A DNA stretch of 23,451 nucleotides, filler included, from an uncultured virus (IMG/VR IMGVR_UViG_2049941000_000079) (7 parts of one record of this genome joined end to end with filler, not necessarily neighbours in it); one strand, 5' to 3'. Positions 1-7,553 are shown, numbered from the whole stretch's first letter. The notes: generated by a model from the sequence alone, not told the origin. Translations and numbers: made by a program.

Positions 1-402
1 AGTAGCAAGCCTGTAATCTATAAAGAGAAAAGATATGAAAGCGTTATTGATTTTGCTAATGAAGTAGGTATCTCTATTAGAACAGCTTGCGAGTGGTTAA
101 AAAGAGGTTTTAACCCACAAGGAATACCTTGCAGATACGAAAATGATACAAAGGAATTTAACTTTGTCAACCGACACAAAGCACGAAATGAAGCAAAAGC
201 AAAGACCGTAATTGTTAATGATGTAGAGTATAAGAATTGTGATGAAGCAAGTAAAATGCTTAATATTCCAAAAAGTACACTCTATTCATACTTACAAGGT
301 AAAAGACATAGTACAAAATATATATGTAGATATGGCAATCAGCAGCCAAGCCTTACGAAATCCGATAACAGTAGTAAGGAAGGTTCAACGACTAATGGGT
401 GA
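1..402 (+). CDS. Intron-encoded homing endonuclease, C-terminal part with two NUMOD1-like HTH repeats (GIY-YIG or HNH catalytic domain outside window)
   Basis: Frame 1 open from base 1 to TGA 400-402, not in the ORF track: SSKPVIYKEKRYESVIDFANEVGISIRTACEWLKRG...KTVIVNDVEYKNCDEASKMLNIPKSTLYSYLQGKR...GNQQPS...EGSTTNG*. The tail reads through intron elements Q and R. Confidence 0.85.
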   Translation, partial: SSKPVIYKEKRYESVIDFANEVGISIRTACEWLKRGFNPQGIPCRYENDTKEFNFVNRHKARNEAKAKTVIVNDVEYKNCDEASKMLNIPKSTLYSYLQGKRHSTKYICRYGNQQPSLTKSDNSSKEGSTTNG

Positions 403-530
403 GGACGGAAACCAATAAACCCGACACGAGTTCCCGACCCCTACTCTAATAGAGAGGGTGAAGATATAGTCTGAACTTACGATGAAAACGTAAGATGTAT
501 AGGATAAAGAGCCTATACGATAACATAATG
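1..530 (+). ncRNA. Group I self-splicing intron, 3' part (5' end outside window), IA-like
   Basis: Core elements in canonical order: Q AATCAGCAGCC 337-347; P6a CCTTAC 351-356/GTAAGG 374-379; R GGTTCAACGACTA 382-394; P8 hairpin ~438-459; S AAGATATAGTCT 461-472 (P7 = GACTA 390-394/TAGTC 467-471); P9 CTTACG 476-481/CGTAAG 489-494; P9.1 GTATAGG 497-503/CCTATAC 512-518; terminal G at 530, followed by a start-less open frame. Confidence 0.93.
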
Positions 531-928
531 GCTGTGACAATCGGTCAAATATTGCAGACCTCAAGTACACGGTCGCAACGGAAAATTGCGCAGATCGTAC
601 AGCGGCATATCAGAACACACAGGCGATCATCGAAGCAGGAAACAGAAACAGTCAGGCAATCCTTGACAAACTCTGTCAGCTTGAACTCGACAATGTTAAG
701 CAGGATAACGCGAACCTTCGCACACAGCTTAATATGGCGAACCTTGCGGCAAGTCAGACGGCACAGACAGCGGAGCTTCGTACTGCAAACGCAACACAGT
801 TAAACAACCTCGTATCAGAACTTCGCGCTTGTCCTATCCCGGCACAGCCCGTGTATGGGTCACAGCCGATCTTCACTTGCGGCGGTAACAACGGTTGCGG
901 ATGTAGCGGAAACGCTTTCTATAACTGA
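531..928 (+). CDS. 3' exon of a conserved Cys-rich coiled-coil phage protein of unknown function
   Basis: In-frame TAA at 521-523, then (C)CDNRSNIADLKYTVATENCADRTAAYQNTQAIIEAGNRNSQAILDKLCQLE...CPIPAQPVYG...GCGCSGNAFYN*. No ATG until 734. Track ORF 734..928 is only its tail. Confidence 0.85.
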
Positions 929-944
929 ATAAGGGGGTATTGCT

Positions 945-1400
945 ATGGCACAGTATGTAACGACAAATGACGTTTTGGTGGCCTTAAACAACACCATTCC
1001 GTTCAATCACGTTTCTATCCCTTGCAATACGGGTAATGTGATACCCATTGCATCAGGGGTTCTTACTATCAAAGGCAATACTCGTAACCGTTTTGCAAGA
1101 TACCGTGTAACATTGCAGGGTAACATAGCCGTTCCCGAAGGTGGGGATGTCACACCGATTGCTTTAGGCATTGCCATCAACGGGGCGGTTATCCCCGAAA
1201 GTGTAGCAATATTCACCCCGGCGGCGGCAGAAGAGTACGGACACATCAACACAGAAGCAGTTATAACTATCCCTTGCGGATGTTGTGCTTCGGTATCGGC
1301 TGTCTATGTTGACGGCACAGAAGATGATCCGGCAACCACACCTACACCGTCAATCACGGTAAGACGTGAAGCGTCAATAACGGTTGAGAGAATAGCATAG
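945..1400 (+). CDS. Hypothetical beta-rich protein, possibly BclA-C/C1q-like sandwich
   Basis: 151 aa; RBS AAGGGGGT upstream; alternating hydrophobic strands and an IPCGCC motif. The fold is inference. Confidence 0.85.
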   Translation: MAQYVTTNDVLVALNNTIPFNHVSIPCNTGNVIPIASGVLTIKGNTRNRFARYRVTLQGNIAVPEGGDVTPIALGIAINGAVIPESVAIFTPAAAEEYGHINTEAVITIPCGCCASVSAVYVDGTEDDPATTPTPSITVRREASITVERIA

Positions 1401-1414
1401 AAAGGAGAACAAGG

Positions 1415-1843
1415 ATGCACAGATTACAGATGTATGAAAATCTCCATGATATGCTTGAACAGGAGATTTCAAAGATTCAGAGCAAAGGGGAACTTGATCC
1501 GCAGAGTTTGGATAACCTTGATAAACTCATGCGTACCGTCAAAAACACGGACAAGTGTATTGATCGTGAAAGTGGCGGTCAGTCATACGGCAACCGTATG
1601 AGTTACGGACGGTATGATATGATGCCTATGGAGTCATACGGTATGAGCATGGGAAGAGATAGTGACGGCAGATATAGCCGCGACAACTTTCGTGATTCTT
1701 CGTTTCGAGGGGGATCGTATGGGCAATCCTACGAATACAGTAGGGATAACGCGCCGATAATGCAGAGACTTGAATCCATGATGAACGAAGCACGGAATGA
1801 CAGCGAACGTCAGGCTATCAAAGATTTTGTGAATAGGATGTAA
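1415..1843 (+). CDS. Hypothetical protein: helical ends flanking a Ser/Tyr/Gly/Arg low-complexity linker (RDSDGRYSR)
   Basis: 142 aa; RBS GAAAGGAG; last gene before a terminator hairpin. Confidence 0.85.
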   Translation: MHRLQMYENLHDMLEQEISKIQSKGELDPQSLDNLDKLMRTVKNTDKCIDRESGGQSYGNRMSYGRYDMMPMESYGMSMGRDSDGRYSRDNFRDSSFRGGSYGQSYEYSRDNAPIMQRLESMMNEARNDSERQAIKDFVNRM

Positions 1844-1846
1844 AAC

Positions 1847-1872
1847 AAAGGGCGGCAGAAATGCCGTCCTTT
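1847..1872 (+). terminator. Probable intrinsic terminator
   Basis: AAAGGGCGGCA-GAAA-TGCCGTCCTTT hairpin (GNRA loop) just after the stop at 1843; short U tract. Confidence 0.7.
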
Positions 1873-1904
1873 CCCTTGACAACATTTGAACAATTTGGTA
1901 TGAG

Positions 1905-2012
1905 AAGTCCATGTTGGTGTTCCCTTCAAATGACACCAACGCACGTAACCCCCTTGTTGAGAGCCGCAATCGTGACCCCTAAAAAAGAGAGCCACGTTGC
2001 GGTTCTTTTTTT
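1905..2012 (+). ncRNA. Candidate ~105-nt small RNA
   Basis: TTGACA 1876-1881, 17-bp spacer, imperfect -10 TATGAG 1899-1904; hairpin GTTGGTGT 1913-1920/ACACCAAC 1933-1940; terminal hairpin AGAGCCGCAATCGTG/CACGTTGCGGTTCT followed by a T run to 2012. Confidence 0.5.
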
Positions 2013-2020
2013 ACCACAGC

Positions 2021-2042
2021 ACTAGTGCCATACTAGAGCCAT
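2021..2042 (+). repeat. Tandem 11-bp direct repeat, candidate integrase arm-type sites
   Basis: ACTAGTGCCAT 2021-2031 and ACTAGAGCCAT 2032-2042 in non-coding DNA. Confidence 0.55.
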
Positions 2043-2142
2043 ATACCCTTCAAACCCGCATAAATACGGCATTTACCACCTTGATTACAAATACGCACAA
2101 ACCCCCAAAACACGCAGTTTTGCGGTTTTATNNNNNNNNNNT

Positions 2143-2244
2143 ATAAAAGCCGCTTGCAATGAATTAAATGTTTGTTGGGATGTTATTGCTAATTGGTGCA
2201 AAAAAGGGATAAATCCTTACGGGGCGAAATGTCGTTACAAAGAT
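2143..2244 (+). CDS. Fragment of a second homing-endonuclease HTH repeat or allele
   Basis: IKAACNELNVCWDVIANWCKKGINPYGAKCRYKD aligns with VIDFANEVGISIRTACEWLKRGFNPQGIPCRYEN in ORF 1..402; bounded by Ns. Confidence 0.7.
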
Positions 2245-2288
2245 NNNNNNNNNNNNNNNNNNNNNNNNNNNNNNNNNNNNNNNNNNNN

Positions 2289-2300
2289 TTAATTAATTAA
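2289..2300. other. Artificial six-frame-stop contig linker TTAATTAATTAA in N runs (also 5922-5933, 13774-13785, 20852-20863, 22643-22654, 23090-23101)
   Basis: Identical 12-mer flanked by N runs six times. Confidence 0.97.
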
Positions 2301-2405
2301 NNNNNNNNNNNNNNNNNNNNNNNNNNNNNNNNNNNNNNNNNNNNTATATCGACACAACTATCAAGATAAACTTTAATGATTTGAAAAGAAAATTTATTTT
2401 AGGGG

Positions 2406-2448
2406 TTGACACACAACCTTCAAAGTGGTAAGGTACACAATGAAGGTT
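2406..2448 (+). promoter_or_regulatory. Early lytic sigmaA promoter with overlapping operator-like repeats
   Basis: TTGACA 2406-2411, 17 bp, TG-n-TAAGGT 2429-2434; AACCTTCA 2415-2422 is inverted to TGAAGGTT 2441-2448; lies upstream of the Cro-like gene. Confidence 0.7.
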
Positions 2449-2477
2449 ACAAAATGTAGTGTACGAAGGAGCAAGAA

Positions 2478-2714
2478 ATGACTTTTAGATACAACAAGTT
2501 GAGAGGACGCATAGTCGAAATATTTGGATCACAAAAGGCTTTTGCTGATGCAATCGGCATTTCAGAATCAACAGTAGCATCCAAATTATCAGGTCGGTTA
2601 AAGTTTTCGCAAGACGAAGTTCTTACATGGGCAAATGCTCTTAAAATTCTCAAAGAAGATATAGGTTTATATTTTTTTGACACCGAACCTTCAAACGACG
2701 AAGGGAAAGAATGA
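2478..2714 (+). CDS. DUF739-family Cro-like HTH regulator
   Basis: MTFRYNKLRGRIVEIFGSQKAFADAIGISE signature; RBS GAAGGAG. Confidence 0.88.
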   Translation: MTFRYNKLRGRIVEIFGSQKAFADAIGISESTVASKLSGRLKFSQDEVLTWANALKILKEDIGLYFFDTEPSNDEGKE

Positions 2715-2727
2715 AGGAGATCACGGC

Positions 2728-3420
2728 ATGAACGAATTGTTAAAAGTCAACGCAGAGAATCAGACAGTATCGGCAAGGGAATTACATAAGGCGTTAGAGA
2801 TAGAAAAACGCTTTAGTGCATGGTTTGAAGCAAACTCACAGGGCTTTGTAGAAGGAGAAGATTTTACAAGCGTACTTTCAGGTACGGTTGTAAACAACGG
2901 GGCATACAGGGAATTAACAGACTACGCTTGTTCAATAGATATGGCAAAGCATATCTGCCTTATGAGCCGGACAGAAAAGGGTAAACAGTGCAGACAGTAC
3001 CTTATAGACCTTGAAAAAGCATGGAACACCCCGGAGCAGGTTTTTGCAAGAGCCTTAAAAATGGCTGATGAAACCATTAACAGACTTAAAGCGGATATGG
3101 AACATATGAAGCCGAAGGTGGAGTTCTTTGATGCGGTAACTGACAGCAAGGACGCAATCTCAATGGCTGATGTAGCAAAGGTACTTAACTTTGGTAAGGG
3201 TCGGAACACTCTGTTTAAGATACTCCGCAAAGAGAAAATCCTTATGAAAGATAACAGACCTTATCAGGAATACATTGATCGTGGTTTGTTTAGGGTTGTC
3301 GAACAGAAGTTTGACAAAGGTTACGGAGAAGTCGGTATCAACATCAAGACGTTGGTGTTTCAGAAGGGTGTTGACTACATCCGCAGGATTCTTGAAAAGA
3401 ACGGATATTACGATGAGTGA
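2728..3420 (+). CDS. Phage antirepressor (AntA/AntB N-terminal plus KilAC C-terminal domain)
   Basis: VSARELHKALE...FSAWF...MAKHICLMSRTEKGKQCRQYLIDLEKAWN; PKVEFFDAV...GRNTLFKILR...PYQEYIDRGLF. Start moved to ATG 2728 (RBS AAGGAG). Confidence 0.92.
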   Translation: MNELLKVNAENQTVSARELHKALEIEKRFSAWFEANSQGFVEGEDFTSVLSGTVVNNGAYRELTDYACSIDMAKHICLMSRTEKGKQCRQYLIDLEKAWNTPEQVFARALKMADETINRLKADMEHMKPKVEFFDAVTDSKDAISMADVAKVLNFGKGRNTLFKILRKEKILMKDNRPYQEYIDRGLFRVVEQKFDKGYGEVGINIKTLVFQKGVDYIRRILEKNGYYDE

Positions 3421-3589
3421 ACCAAGACGGATCACAATAAAAGAAGCGGCTGAATACTTGGAAATGCCCGAACAAGGGGTTAGGGAGCATATCAAGAAAG
3501 GATATTTCGGAAGCTTTTACGGAAAGAAAGGCCATAGAGTCTACTACGTAACGGATGAACAAGTACGCAAGTTTAAGAAGGGGAACTAG
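3413..3589 (+). CDS. Excisionase-like HTH DNA-binding protein
   Basis: MSEPRRITIKEAAEYLEMPEQGVREHIKKG; 58 aa; overlaps the antirepressor stop. Confidence 0.75.
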   Translation: MSEPRRITIKEAAEYLEMPEQGVREHIKKGYFGSFYGKKGHRVYYVTDEQVRKFKKGN

Positions 3590-3592
3590 GGG

Positions 3593-3754
3593 ATGAAGAA
3601 GATACTTAATGCAGTTTACGGAATTGGAGTTTGCATATCTTTCTTGGCACTTGCCGGGTTAGCGGAAGCGATCACGGGGCGCGGAGATCAGAACATATCA
3701 ATAGCACTTCTGATAGTTGGTTTTCTTCTTTGTCTGTTTGGGTACATCAAATGA
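3593..3754 (+). CDS. Small two-TM membrane protein (53 aa)
   Basis: MKKILNAVYGIGVCISFLALAGLAEAITGRGDQNISIALLIVGFLLCLFGYIK*; ATGA overlap with the next gene; below the ORF-track cutoff. Confidence 0.75.
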   Translation: MKKILNAVYGIGVCISFLALAGLAEAITGRGDQNISIALLIVGFLLCLFGYIK

Positions 3755-4002
3755 AGATAGAACCGATAGTAAACTACGCACTTCGGGATAGAGTGCTTGA
3801 AATCAAAGCAAGAGCAGAGAATCAGGAAACAGTTTTAGAGGTAGTAGGACTAACTGATTTATGGACTAAAGCTCTTGCGATGGATGATGAGGAATTGATT
3901 GTTTGCACATTGGCGGCATTACACAGATGTCCTGATATGGTGTTTGCGGCAATGGCAAGTGATAGAGCGGAGTTAATGAGGAAGGGGAAAAACGATGATT
4001 AA
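3751..4002 (+). CDS. Hypothetical protein
   Basis: Coupled ATG at 3751 within track ORF 3631..4002. Confidence 0.7.
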   Translation: MKIEPIVNYALRDRVLEIKARAENQETVLEVVGLTDLWTKALAMDDEELIVCTLAALHRCPDMVFAAMASDRAELMRKGKNDD

Positions 4003-4186
4003 CATGAGAGACAACACGGAAGTAAAGGACTTTATTGACGCAAAGATTGGTTACATTTCAAAGGAACTTGATAGCGACCGGGAACAGATACATGATCCGA
4101 TTTTGAGTCAGCAAGCAAGAGGCAGGGTAGTCCGGGGCGAATGGGCATTAAAGGTTCTGAATGAGATAAAGGATATGCTTATATGA
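3995..4186 (+). CDS. Hypothetical protein
   Basis: 63 aa; overlaps both neighbours; purine-rich RBS. Confidence 0.7.
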   Translation: MINMRDNTEVKDFIDAKIGYISKELDSDREQIHDPILSQQARGRVVRGEWALKVLNEIKDMLI

Positions 4187-4325
4187 AATGTCCGTATTGC
4201 AAAAAGGATAATAACCGAGTCAATGGTGAACGCAAGGATCAATGGAAGCCGGAGAACGTAAGGATTCGTTATCGGAAGTGTCTGTCTTGCGGCAGGAACT
4301 TCAAGACTACGGAAGAATATTCCAA
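4183..4325 (+). CDS. NrdR-N-like zinc-ribbon protein (cut by gap)
   Basis: MKCPYC...RIRYRKCLSCGRNFKTTE resembles the NrdR N-terminal CPxC..RRRRECxxCxxRFTTxE motif. Confidence 0.7.
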
Positions 4326-4349
4326 NNNNNNNNNNGGGGAAGTGGAACT

Positions 4350-4511
4350 ATGGAAAAATTCAATGAACTGCTGAAATTCTACGAGCAGAATGAGGACTTC
4401 AAGGATTACGTTGACAAATGCGTAAAGACATACGGCAAAGACGTTGATTTTATGCTCCGTACACCGATTGCCTATGAATACTACAAACAGTTGATAGGAA
4501 AGAAGGACTAG
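4350..4511 (+). CDS. Hypothetical protein
   Basis: MEKFNELLKFYEQNEDFKDYVDKC...; RBS-like GGGGAAGTGG upstream. Confidence 0.7.
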   Translation: MEKFNELLKFYEQNEDFKDYVDKCVKTYGKDVDFMLRTPIAYEYYKQLIGKKD

Positions 4512-4513
4512 CA

Positions 4514-4729
4514 ATGGACGCATACGATAAGTGGAAGCTTTCAAATGCTGATGATGAGTGTAGGACAAGCAAGTTGAAGTGTTGTGAATGTATGGAAAGC
4601 ATTTACCCGGACGAGGCCTATTACGACATTGACGGTGACTTATATTGCGAACTACACGCAAAAGAGTGGTTGGATAGTCATAAAAAAACCGCATCATACG
4701 AGGAATGTTACGAGAATGGCCTTTACTAA
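4514..4729 (+). CDS. Hypothetical Cys-rich, probably Zn-binding protein
   Basis: KCCECMESIYPDEAYYDIDGDLYCELH. Confidence 0.75.
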   Translation: MDAYDKWKLSNADDECRTSKLKCCECMESIYPDEAYYDIDGDLYCELHAKEWLDSHKKTASYEECYENGLY

Positions 4730-4931
4730 TTCATCACTTAACGGATGTTGCCGAGATTGTAAAGACAGATACCCTGCTTGTCACGATCATTGTGAAATCT
4801 ATCAAGATGCACTTGCTGAATGGTTAGAACAGAAAAGACGTATCAAGGCAGAAAAACGCAAGGAATCTGAAATGCGAGAATACAACATCAATCAAGTCAA
4901 ACGCATGAAAACGATAAGACGAACTAATTAG
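4716..4931 (+). CDS. Hypothetical Cys/His protein
   Basis: CCRDCKDRYPACHDHCEIY; RBS GAGG; start at 4716 within the track ORF. Confidence 0.7.
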   Translation: MAFTNSSLNGCCRDCKDRYPACHDHCEIYQDALAEWLEQKRRIKAEKRKESEMREYNINQVKRMKTIRRTN

Positions 4932-5004
4932 TGTTCTTCTTTATATAACTTCCATAAATAAGCTGTGCTATCTGGCTATACGGGCAGGGAAAGGATTATA
5001 TCAC

Positions 5005-5104
5005 ATGGCGAAAAATGAAGTAGCGGTAAAGGAAAAGGGTATCACATCATATTTGGCAATTCCAGAAGTCAGGGAAAGCATAATCAATGCAATAGGCAAG
5101 GATC
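5005..5104 (+). CDS. RecT-family recombinase, N-terminal piece (continues at 5978)
   Basis: MAKNEVAVKEKGITSYLAIPEVRESIINAIGKD is a typical RecT N-terminus; RBS GAAAGG. Confidence 0.7.
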
Positions 5105-5114
5105 NNNNNNNNNN

Positions 5115-5444
5115 TGTAGGGGATGAAGGAGAACTTGAAAAGTATAAAGCGGATCATCCCGAAATGTTTGTCACAAGGGGAGAACGCAAGGGTGAACTTC
5201 AATCAAAGTATCTTGTGGCAGATACCATGATCGAGCGGTGCAAGAAAGACGCACTTTTCATGGATTCCTTATCAGGGGAACATCAGGCAATCCTTGTGTG
5301 CATGATGTTCGGAGTACCGTTCAAGTGTAAGATCGACAGCCTTGTAAGAGGTAAAGCCATTGTTGATCTTAAAACCACAAGGGAAATGCACAAACAATTC
5401 TATATTCAGGACTTCGGACACGTTGACTTCATAAGTTACTACGG
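5115..5444 (+). CDS. PD-(D/E)XK exonuclease (ExoVIII/DUF3799-like), piece 3 of 4
   Basis: KCKIDSL...IVDLKTT catalytic motifs; joins 7895 and 6889 without a frame break. Confidence 0.85.
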
Positions 5445-5552
5445 NNNNNNNNNNCGACTACCGATTGATAACGGGGATGTCACGGACGATCACGAACAAC
5501 ATGAGGATTGATCCTGCATTTTGCGACAAATATGTGAAGGGAAATAAAGAGT

Positions 5553-5877
5553 ATGACGCTCACGAATGGAGAAACAACAGTTTCAAACTTGAAAGACTCT
5601 ACAACCAAAAAAGTATTCATTCGAGGTCGGTTTTACGGGGATAAGACGTTACCGAGTCTAAACAATTATCTTGCTGAAATCGGCAGAAACCCAAAAGCCG
5701 GGGGCAAGATGAAGAATGATTGCAAGTGGATATGTATAGCGGCAATCAGGAAGTGTCTTAAAGGTTGGAAAGTCACGAATCCACCTATCGTCTTACACTA
5801 CAAGTTTTACGAACCTAAAGATCACAAAGGTCACAGACGCGATTACATGAATATCTTTGCTATGGCTGATAAAAGTT
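5553..5877 (+). CDS. RusA-like Holliday junction resolvase (3' truncated)
   Basis: LPSLNNY...LHYKFYEP...RRDYMNIFAMADK resembles the phage RusA family. Confidence 0.7.
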
Positions 5878-5977
5878 NNNNNNNNNNNNNNNNNNNNNNN
5901 NNNNNNNNNNNNNNNNNNNNNTTAATTAATTAANNNNNNNNNNNNNNNNNNNNNNNNNNNNNNNNNNNNNNNNNNNN

Positions 5978-6783
5978 TTGATTCGTTTGTATCAGACGTA
6001 GTAGCGTGTGTGCAGAATAATACAGACCTTGCCGCTTGTACGAACAAGTCTATTTTTTCAGCGGCTTTATTGAGCAAATCAATCAATCTACCACTTACAC
6101 CACAGTTGGGATATTGCTATCTCGTTCCATATAACAACAAGAAAAATGAAAACGGAAAGACCGTTTATGTCAAAGAAGCGACCTTTCAAATGGGGTGGAA
6201 AGGATATGTGCAACTTGCCCTTCGGTCAAATTATTACCGCAGGTTAATAGCAACCGATGTCAGGAAGGGTGAAATCGTCAATTACGACCCTTTTAATGAT
6301 GCGTATGCTATTCAGCCGTGTGCCTTTGAGAAAAGACTTGAAAAAGATGCAAAAGGAAAATACATGATTCCCGTTGTTGGCTATTACGCAAAGTTTGAAA
6401 TGGTCAATGGCTTTGTTAAGGAAGCTTTTATGTCACATGAAGATATGCTGACTTTCGCAAAGACATATTCAAAAGCATATCGGAGTGACATTGATAAACA
6501 CACATCTTATTCATTCTGGACTACAAAGTTTGAAGATATGGCAAAAAAGACTATGATCCGTCAGTTGCTCGGTAAATGGGGATTGCTTACACGCGAACTT
6601 GAACTTGCTTATCTGCATGATATGGCAATAGAGAATGAGGATGGAACACTTGACTACATTGATAACAAGCCGGATGATTCAGAACCCGTTGTAAATCCTT
6701 TTAAGGGAGAAACAGTTGAAGATGTCGAAGTGGTAGATATTCCCGAAGACATAGCGGCACAGGCAGACGAGGTATTCAAATGA
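5978..6783 (+). CDS. recT: RecT-family single-strand annealing protein, main body
   Basis: DSFVSDVVACVQNN...LPLTPQLGYCYLVPY...FQMGWKGYVQLALRS...WTTKFEDMAKKTMIRQLLGKWG. Confidence 0.92.
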
Positions 6784-6878
6784 TATACGAATCAGACGAA
6801 ATCAAGGCACTTGTAAAGAAGGGTGAGCTACCACAGATCACCGAAGAAAACTACCATGATAGGGAAATAGATAAAGCC
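6780..6878 (+). CDS. PD-(D/E)XK exonuclease, piece 1 of 4 (N-terminus)
   Basis: ATGA overlap with recT; MIYESDEIKALVKKGELPQITEENYHDREIDKA. Confidence 0.8.
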
Positions 6879-6888
6879 NNNNNNNNNN

Positions 6889-7192
6889 CTATCCGTTCCA
6901 ATTAGCCTTTTATCGGGAAGCGGTCAAGATTCTGTTTGATGAAACACTACCTTGCTTCATTGCCCCGGTATCAAAGTCTGAATACCCTGAAATCAAACTT
7001 GTTCACATTGATGATGTTTCACTCTTTGAGAGTTTGACGGAAATAAAGAATAGTCTTGAGAACGGATCAATAGTTGAAGTATGGAAAGGCAACATTGAGC
7101 CTATCAGATGTAACAAGCCGGAGTGCCATTACTGCATGGCAACGGAAGTTCTGACAGAACCTATTAACTACAAAGACTTAATTATGATGTGA
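6889..7192 (+). CDS. PD-(D/E)XK exonuclease, piece 4 of 4 (C-terminus)
   Basis: YPFQLAFYREAV (QxxxY motif)...EPIRCNKPECHYC...NYKDLIMM*. Confidence 0.85.
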
Positions 7193-7196
7193 GCCT

Positions 7197-7553
7197 ATGA
7201 AGAAAAGCAAAGTCACAAAATACAATCAATATTCGGCATTTTCGGGTAAACCTGCTGAATGTCAGCATCATTGTATATGGGGATCGTATCACAAGTTGGC
7301 AGATGAGGACGGATTGCTTATCGGACTTACAAACGCAGAACACAACATGAGTTCCAAAGGCACGATCGATCAGATACATGGTAATCCGGCGGCAGAACAT
7401 TTATCAAGAATGTTAGGACAAGCTATCTGGGAGCGTAACTACTTGATAAAGCAATTAGGACTTCCGTTTGAGAGTGAAGAAGAAACATTCGATAGGGTGT
7501 CGGATGAGTGCCGAGAAGCTTTCCGCAAAAGGTATCAAATCAGTTTCCTTTAG
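7197..7553 (+). CDS. HNH/Ref-like phage protein
   Basis: HHCIWG...LADEDGLLIGLTNAEHNM...IHGN...FRKRY pattern; follows the recombination genes. Confidence 0.6.
   Translation: MKKSKVTKYNQYSAFSGKPAECQHHCIWGSYHKLADEDGLLIGLTNAEHNMSSKGTIDQIHGNPAAEHLSRMLGQAIWERNYLIKQLGLPFESEEETFDRVSDECREAFRKRYQISFL

Noticed and set aside
385..803. Track ORFs 385..570 (-) and 495..803 (+)
   Set aside because: They overlap the intron core and the true exon frame; no RBS or recognisable motifs.
4932..5004. Possible structured leader before recT
   Set aside because: Only weak pairing visible; cannot support an RNA element.
5005..5511. 168-aa ORF as a RecT-nuclease fusion
   Set aside because: Chimera of three fragments across N spacers.
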